In this document: in pieces, positions 14,616 to 19,079 of the stretch
Position numbering within the stretch: the first letter of the stretch is position 1
How the letters are laid out: the number at the start of each line of letters is the position of its first letter
Assembly: GCA_016213885.1 (NCBI GenBank)
Contig: JACQZM010000117.1
Span: 1 to 19,079 of the forward strand
Reading direction: 5' to 3'
Source: Candidatus Rifleibacteriota bacterium
Lineage (GTDB): Bacteria; Muiribacteriota; UBA6191; JACPRK01; JACQZM01
Length of the DNA: 19,079 bases
Position numbers and translations under genes: made by a program
The notes under the pieces: model-generated
The model's database searches: none
The model's input: the letters and a program-made list of their open reading frames with translations, nothing else
Told to the model about the DNA's origin: nothing

Positions 14616-16490
14616 TCAGAGGCGTGTCTTCGAAGGCGGCGCGAGCGCCGCGGCGGTCAGGAGCCTGCCGCGCAGCTTCTCCGGGGCGATCGACGCCTGC
14701 GGATCGAGGTCGTCGAGGATGTCCAGGACACGGTCGGCTCCGTCGATGCACGTCCGCCGGTCGGTCGTCTTCGACAGGAGCCAGAGATCGGCCCCTCCGC
14801 TGGTCAAGCCGAGCTCCCGCCGCAGCACCGCCCGGACCCGCTCCATCAGCTCCGGCATCGGCCTCAGCGTCCGGGCCAGCGACCCGGCGGTGCCCACACG
14901 GTACGAGAGCACCGCCCGGACATGATAGGCGACGCCCTCGAGGCGCACGACGTAGCCGGTCCGGTACAGCTCCTCGTGCGCTCCGAGAACCTGGTGAGCG
15001 CCGCTCGTCGTCCCGGCCACGAGCCGGTCCCGGATCGTGTCGAGCAGGCCCTTCTCGTAGCCCGCCCCGAGCTGGTCGGGGGTCAGGAACGGCGAGGCGA
15101 GGAAGGTCAGGAGCCCCCGGCCGAGGATGCGACCGTCCCCCCGCGGGCCCGGACGGATCTCGAGGGGGCGCTCGCCGAAGCCCCGGGCCAGAACGTCCAG
15201 GATCCCGCGGGCGACCCGGTCCGGCAGGTGGACGCACCGATCGACGTCGAGGGTGCTGGCTTTCGAGACCGTACGAGCCACCACGAGCCAGTAGTCCGAC
15301 GCGATCCGCAAGGCATCGAACTGTTCCAGGAGATGAGGCGCGGCCGCGGCCGGCACGTGGGGCCTGCGGGATCGACCCGGCGAGCGCGGGGCGGACTCCG
15401 ACGCCTCGGCCGCGGGCGCGACGGCGGCCGGACCCGGGGCGGTTCCGGACGGTGGCGGCTCCGGCTTGCGCGTGCAGCGACCGCAGCCGGGTTTCTCGAG
15501 GTCCCGGTGCCCCACCAGGACCTGGGTCGGCTCGCCACAGGAGGGGCAGTCCGGGAGGTCCACGGCGCCGACGACGACGTCGTAGCGCACCGGAACCCGG
15601 TGGGTCTCGGTCCCCTTCCACAGCAGCATCGAGGTGACGAACCGCGGGACGTGCAGCACCTCCACCGCCGCGACCCGGGCCTCGACGCGGGGGCGGTACC
15701 GGAGCTCGGTCTCCTTGAGCCGCATGTCGCGCTCGGCCTGGACAGCGGCGAGCATCTGGGCGGTCTTGAGGACCGAGTCGGCGGAACGGCTCCTGGAAGC
15801 CTTCGCCGCTAGCTCCTCCTCGCGCTGGCGGAAGTAGGCGCTGACCCTGCGCTCCTCCTCGGCCCGCTGGAGCTCGAGCTCTGCCGCCAGCGTCCGGAGC
15901 CGTTCGGTGGTGACCCTGTCGAGCTGGGCCAGGGTCGAAGCGACCACGAGCTCCGGCCCGACCTCGACGTCCAGCGGCAGGACGAACTGTCGGCCGCTCT
16001 GGAGGTTGAGTCGGTCGACCTCCGCGCGGTAGCGGTCCGCGGGCCGGCCGGTGGTCGCATCGATCCAGACCGGGCAGGCCACCTGCTGCACCACGTCGCC
16101 GTGGATGGAGATCACGAACTGCACGTTGAGCAGCCGACCCTCCATCAGGCGGCCCGGGCCCAGCTCGGCGAACCGCAGGCGGTCGAAGGTCAGGCACTCC
16201 CTCAGCCGGTGCTCCACCAGCGACGGGTCGACCGATCGGGCCGGCGCGTGGAGATGCTGTACCCGACCGGAGGCGAGCGTCCGGATGAGCGCCTCCTCGA
16301 GCCGCGGGCTGCCGAACGTCACCAGCTCGCGGGACGGCTTCTCCGCCGCTGCCTCCGGATCGAACGTGAGCTCCACCGGCGCCCCGTCCTCCGGCGTGGC
16401 CAGGTAGACTCCAGGCTCCGTCTCGACGGCGCCGTGGCCGAGGATCTCCAGGTAGCCCAGCAGGAAATCCTGGATCAGCGTCCGGTCCAT
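14616..16490 (-). CDS. Hypothetical protein (624 aa) with internal C4 zinc ribbon (DCPSCGEP…x15…GCGRCTRK), Pro/Ala-rich linker and ~250-aa C-terminal domain
   Basis: ORF ends 3 nt after the SNF2 gene stop (16490 vs 16494), suggesting translational coupling. No Walker, nuclease (PD-(D/E)xK, HNH, PLD HxK) or methyltransferase motifs found by eye. Confidence 0.7.
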   Translation of the reverse strand: MDRTLIQDFLLGYLEILGHGAVETEPGVYLATPEDGAPVELTFDPEAAAEKPSRELVTFGSPRLEEALIRTLASGRVQHLHAPARSVDPSLVEHRLRECLTFDRLRFAELGPGRLMEGRLLNVQFVISIHGDVVQQVACPVWIDATTGRPADRYRAEVDRLNLQSGRQFVLPLDVEVGPELVVASTLAQLDRVTTERLRTLAAELELQRAEEERRVSAYFRQREEELAAKASRSRSADSVLKTAQMLAAVQAERDMRLKETELRYRPRVEARVAAVEVLHVPRFVTSMLLWKGTETHRVPVRYDVVVGAVDLPDCPSCGEPTQVLVGHRDLEKPGCGRCTRKPEPPPSGTAPGPAAVAPAAEASESAPRSPGRSRRPHVPAAAAPHLLEQFDALRIASDYWLVVARTVSKASTLDVDRCVHLPDRVARGILDVLARGFGERPLEIRPGPRGDGRILGRGLLTFLASPFLTPDQLGAGYEKGLLDTIRDRLVAGTTSGAHQVLGAHEELYRTGYVVRLEGVAYHVRAVLSYRVGTAGSLARTLRPMPELMERVRAVLRRELGLTSGGADLWLLSKTTDRRTCIDGADRVLDILDDLDPQASIAPEKLRGRLLTAAALAPPSKTRL

Positions 16491-16493
16491 GCG

Positions 16494-18581
16494 CTACCCG
16501 CCCTCCTGGGGTTGGGCCCCGTCCTCCGGCGCGTCGCCCTGGCCTTCCACGCCCAGCCGGTCGCCCAGGATCGATTCGTTGAGCTCCTGCTGGAAGCGGA
16601 ACGCCTTCTTGGCCTCGTGCAGCCGGTCGCCCAGCGCTTCCATCGAGGCCCGCGCCGCCACCTCGTCGGCGGCACCGGCCCAGGCGTCGAACACCACCTC
16701 TTCGAAGCCGGTCTCCTCCTCGAGGTCGCCCAGGATCATGTCCATCTCGCCGACGACCAGTGCGAACAGGTCCAGCTTGCGCTCCAGCACGTCGATCAGA
16801 TCGTGCTCCAGCGTGCCGGCCGTCACCAGGTTGGTGACGCGCACCTCCCGCGTCTGACCGATGCGGTGCAGCCGTCCCAGCCGCTGCTCGATCCGCATCG
16901 GGTTCCAGGGCAGATCGAAGTTGACGAGGTTCCTGCAGAACTGCAGGTTCCTCCCCTCGGACCCGGACTCGGTGCAGATCAGGAGCTGGACCTCCTGCTC
17001 GAACCGGGCGACCGATCGATCCTTCTCGAGCCGCGACAGGCCGCCGTGGAAGAGACAGGCGCCGAACCCGGTCCGTTCGACGAAGGCGGCGAGGTGGTCG
17101 AGCGTCGCCCGGAACTGGGTGAAGATCACGGCCTTCTCGCCGTCCAGCTCCTGCAGCACCTGGAGGAACCGCAGCGTCTTGGCGGGGACGTCGACCGTGG
17201 CCAGCAGCGTGCGCAGCGATTCCAGCTCCGGATCCGTCGAGGCGGCGAGCGTGGCCGCGAGGGCCGCCGGCGAGGAGCCGCCGGCGAGCTGCAGCATCCT
17301 GAGCCTCATCGTTTCGTGAGCGCCGGGCTGGCCGCGATGGCGCCGGCGCACCAGGGCGCCGAGCCTTCCGTAGACCTCGGCCTCCGTGGTCGACGGCTGC
17401 ACCGAGACGGTATGGGCGGTCCGGGGGGGCAGCGCCAGTCCGGTGTCGGAGCGCCGGTTGCGGATCATGACCCCTTCCAGGAGCTGCCGCAGCTCCCCGA
17501 CGTTCTTGGCTCCGTCGGCGGCGACGAACCGCCCCTTGAAGCTCTTGAACGTACCGAGCTGCCCGGGCCTCAGCAGGGTCACCAGGTTGAACAGCTCCTT
17601 CAGATCGTTCTGGATCGGCGTCGCCGTCAGAAGCAGCATGAACCGCTTACGCAGCTGATTGACGAACTTCCAGGCCTGGGTGGTGGCGTTGCGCAGATGG
17701 TGGGCCTCGTCGATGATCACCAGGTCGTACTCCCTGGCGAGCACGAGGCTCCGGTGCGGCTCGCGCTTGGCCGTGGCCAGCGAGGCGATCAGCGTGGGGA
17801 ACCGGTACCACGGGTCGGGAAGGGCGTCGCGGAAGGGCGGCTCGTCCTGCATCACCAGCGAGACGCCGAAGTGGCGTCGCAGCTCCTCGCCCCACTGGCC
17901 GACCAGGGTCGGTGGCGTCAGGATGAGGGTCTTCTTCACCAGGCCGCGCGCCTGGTACTCCAGGAGCGTCATCGCGGCCTCTATGGTCTTGCCGAGGCCG
18001 ACCTCGTCGGCCAGGATGACGTGCCCCCGCATCCTGCCCATGACCCGTCGGACCACCCGCCGCTGGTAGTCGAAGGGGGTGAGCTCCCTGAGCTGGTTCT
18101 CGCACATCAGCACGTCCAGCGCCTGGGCGAGGGAGAGTTCCATGGCGCGACCGTGGAGATCCGACAGCGGGTCGTCCCGATGAACGCCGCGCAACGCCTC
18201 GAAGAGCAGCTCCAGACCGGTTCGTTCGATGACGATCCGACCGGCGGTCTGCGGGACCTCCGGGACCGGCCGGGAGCTCGTCGCAAGCTCCAGCACCGGT
18301 GTGTCGCCCGTGGAGATGATCCGGAGGCGGGCCTCCCTGCCCTGGGGGCCGATCATCCCGGACAGGCCGGCCCCGATCACCAGGTCGGGCTCCTGATCGG
18401 CGGCCAGCAGGACCTCGCGCCCCCCCCCATCCCTCAGGATCAGGCGTCGCGGTCGGCCCAGCCCCTGGAGCAGCTCGCCGACGCTGCGCTCCGCCGGCAG
18501 AGCATCGAGCGGAAGCCACTCGGGATCGATCTCGATGGCGACCTCGTCCCCGGCCGCAAGTCCCGTCGGTGAGGAGTCCAT
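16494..18581 (-). CDS. SNF2-family (Swi2/Snf2, RapA/HepA-like) DNA-dependent ATPase/helicase
   Basis: 695 aa. Motif I 'ILADEVGLGKTIEA', motif II 'DLVIIDEAHHLRN' (DEAH), motif III 'LLLTATPIQNDLKELF', motifs V-VI 'TESGSEGRNLQFCRNLVNFDLPWNPMRIEQRLGRLHRIGQ'. ATG at 18579-18581. Confidence 0.9.
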   Translation of the reverse strand: MDSSPTGLAAGDEVAIEIDPEWLPLDALPAERSVGELLQGLGRPRRLILRDGGGREVLLAADQEPDLVIGAGLSGMIGPQGREARLRIISTGDTPVLELATSSRPVPEVPQTAGRIVIERTGLELLFEALRGVHRDDPLSDLHGRAMELSLAQALDVLMCENQLRELTPFDYQRRVVRRVMGRMRGHVILADEVGLGKTIEAAMTLLEYQARGLVKKTLILTPPTLVGQWGEELRRHFGVSLVMQDEPPFRDALPDPWYRFPTLIASLATAKREPHRSLVLAREYDLVIIDEAHHLRNATTQAWKFVNQLRKRFMLLLTATPIQNDLKELFNLVTLLRPGQLGTFKSFKGRFVAADGAKNVGELRQLLEGVMIRNRRSDTGLALPPRTAHTVSVQPSTTEAEVYGRLGALVRRRHRGQPGAHETMRLRMLQLAGGSSPAALAATLAASTDPELESLRTLLATVDVPAKTLRFLQVLQELDGEKAVIFTQFRATLDHLAAFVERTGFGACLFHGGLSRLEKDRSVARFEQEVQLLICTESGSEGRNLQFCRNLVNFDLPWNPMRIEQRLGRLHRIGQTREVRVTNLVTAGTLEHDLIDVLERKLDLFALVVGEMDMILGDLEEETGFEEVVFDAWAGAADEVAARASMEALGDRLHEAKKAFRFQQELNESILGDRLGVEGQGDAPEDGAQPQEGG

Positions 18582-18588
18582 CGCGGCG

Positions 18589-18625
18589 AGTCTAGCTCGG
18601 ATTCCGGTGCCCTACCAGTCCGGGC
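18589..18625 (-). promoter_or_regulatory. Possible promoter for the SNF2-led operon: -10-like TAGACT ending 7 nt before the ATG (leaderless or near-leaderless transcript); weak -35
   Basis: Minus-strand sequence …ctggtagggcaccggaatccgagcTAGACTcgccgcgATG. It fits the Actinobacteria-type TANNNT -10 only; the -35 match is poor. Confidence 0.2.
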
Positions 18626-18640
18626 GGAGTGTCTCGATCG

Positions 18641-18667
18641 CCCATGGGGAGTACCCTCCCCTCTGGG
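18641..18667 (-). terminator. Stem-loop 16 nt downstream of the clpX stop (putative intrinsic terminator without U-tract)
   Basis: cccatGGGGAG-tacc-CTCCCCtctggg forms a ~11-bp stem with one bulge and a 4-nt loop. No T-run follows on the minus strand, which is common in high-GC actinobacterial terminators. Confidence 0.3.
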
Positions 18668-18682
18668 TCGACCAGAACGGAC

Positions 18683-19078
18683 TCAGCTCTCCAGCGACCC
18701 TTCCTCCTCGTCCTGGATCAGCAGCACGACCTGGCCGTGACGGACGGAGCGGTGCTTCTTCCGCTGGTTGAGCGCCGCTGCGACTCGCTCCTCCGTCACC
18801 ACGCAGTTCTTCAGATAGGGTCGCGACGGGAGCTTGAACATCAGGTCGAGCATCACCTCTTCCATGATCCTTCTCAGGCCCCGGGCGCCGCTTCCCTCCT
18901 GGATCGCCGCCTCGGCGATGGAGGTCAGCGCCTCCTCGGAGTAGGTCAGGTTGACCCCGTCCATGGCCATCAGCTCCTGGTATTGCTTGACCAGGCTGCT
19001 GGTCGGCTCGACCAGGATCCTCACCAGGTCGTCCCGGGACAGCCGGGTCAGCGGAGCGACCACGGGCAGGCGCCCCAC
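18683..19078 (-). CDS. clpX: ATP-dependent Clp protease ATP-binding subunit ClpX, C-terminal 131 codons (5' part beyond window end)
   Basis: 'LVEPTSSLVKQYQELMAMDGVNLTYSEEALTSIAEAAIQEGSGARGLRRIMEEVMLDLMFKLPS' matches the conserved ClpX C-terminal region (…KNALVKQYQKLF…GVEL.F…AL..IA..A…KTGARGLRSI.E..LLD.M…LPS). The ORF runs to the window edge. Confidence 0.8.
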   Translation of the reverse strand: MGRLPVVAPLTRLSRDDLVRILVEPTSSLVKQYQELMAMDGVNLTYSEEALTSIAEAAIQEGSGARGLRRIMEEVMLDLMFKLPSRPYLKNCVVTEERVAAALNQRKKHRSVRHGQVVLLIQDEEEGSLES

Positions 19079-19079
19079 C

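Noticed and set aside
14318-18572. Multiple long ORFs (14318..15637 '+', 14539..16197 '-', 14922..15812 '+', 16101..18572 '+', 17647..18519 '-') across the 624-aa and SNF2 genes
   Set aside because: R/P/G-rich low-complexity translations. The SNF2 frame has all helicase motifs, and the 624-aa frame has balanced composition and start/stop coupling.
1-19079. Looked for CRISPR arrays, tRNA/rRNA, integrase/transposase genes, and toxin–antitoxin pairs
   Set aside because: No regularly spaced direct repeats, no cloverleaf-compatible conserved tRNA motifs, and no recombinase/transposase motifs in any frame.

Overview
High-GC (roughly 70% by eye) bacterial chromosomal window, probably Actinomycetota-like. 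Near-consensus AT-rich promoter hexamers and a possible leaderless start fit that. It is dominated by GC-driven spurious overlapping ORFs in all frames, which I rejected.

Layout:
- Plus strand, left flank (housekeeping): an Amidase_3-type N-acetylmuramoyl-L-alanine amidase (8..1399, 5' end probably outside the window), then an NfeD-like membrane protein and an SPFH/flotillin protein (nfeD–floT/yqiK-type pair, 1713..4434). A strong sigma70-like promoter lies upstream of that pair.
- Right flank: the 3' end of clpX (18683..19078, minus) with a downstream hairpin.
- Between the flanks (about 4.4–18.6 kb) everything is on the minus strand and looks like an accessory/defence island.

Minus-strand genes, from high to low coordinates:
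(a) SNF2-family helicase (16494..18581).
(b) A 624-aa unknown protein with an internal CxxC…CxxC zinc ribbon (14616..16490).
(c) A 300-aa unknown protein (13662..14564).
(d) A BrxD-like DUF2791 P-loop ATPase (12351..13643).
(e) A second, paralogous DUF2791-like ATPase (10727..12424).
(f) An Lhr-like DEAD/DEAH helicase, BrxHI-like (8611..10743).
(g) After a ~250-bp gap, a 1051-aa protein with an N-terminal C4 zinc ribbon, two tandem Ser/Thr kinase domains and a polytopic membrane C-terminus (5209..8364). It is reminiscent of BREX type 2/Pgl PglW.

Immediately 3' of the kinase are three further elements:
- a lower-GC two-gene cassette: a DUF5678-like small protein plus an N-terminally intact but truncated retropepsin-like aspartic protease;
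- a displaced, degenerate copy of the kinase gene's own 3' end (~240 bp at ~90% identity);
- a 44-bp perfect direct repeat.

The (a)–(f) operon combines BREX type-2 accessory components (BrxD, BrxHI, PglW-like kinase) with an SNF2 helicase and two unknown proteins. The PglX methyltransferase, PglZ phosphatase and PglY/BrxC are all absent. This is my main candidate for an undescribed defence system. No tRNA, rRNA or CRISPR array was seen.
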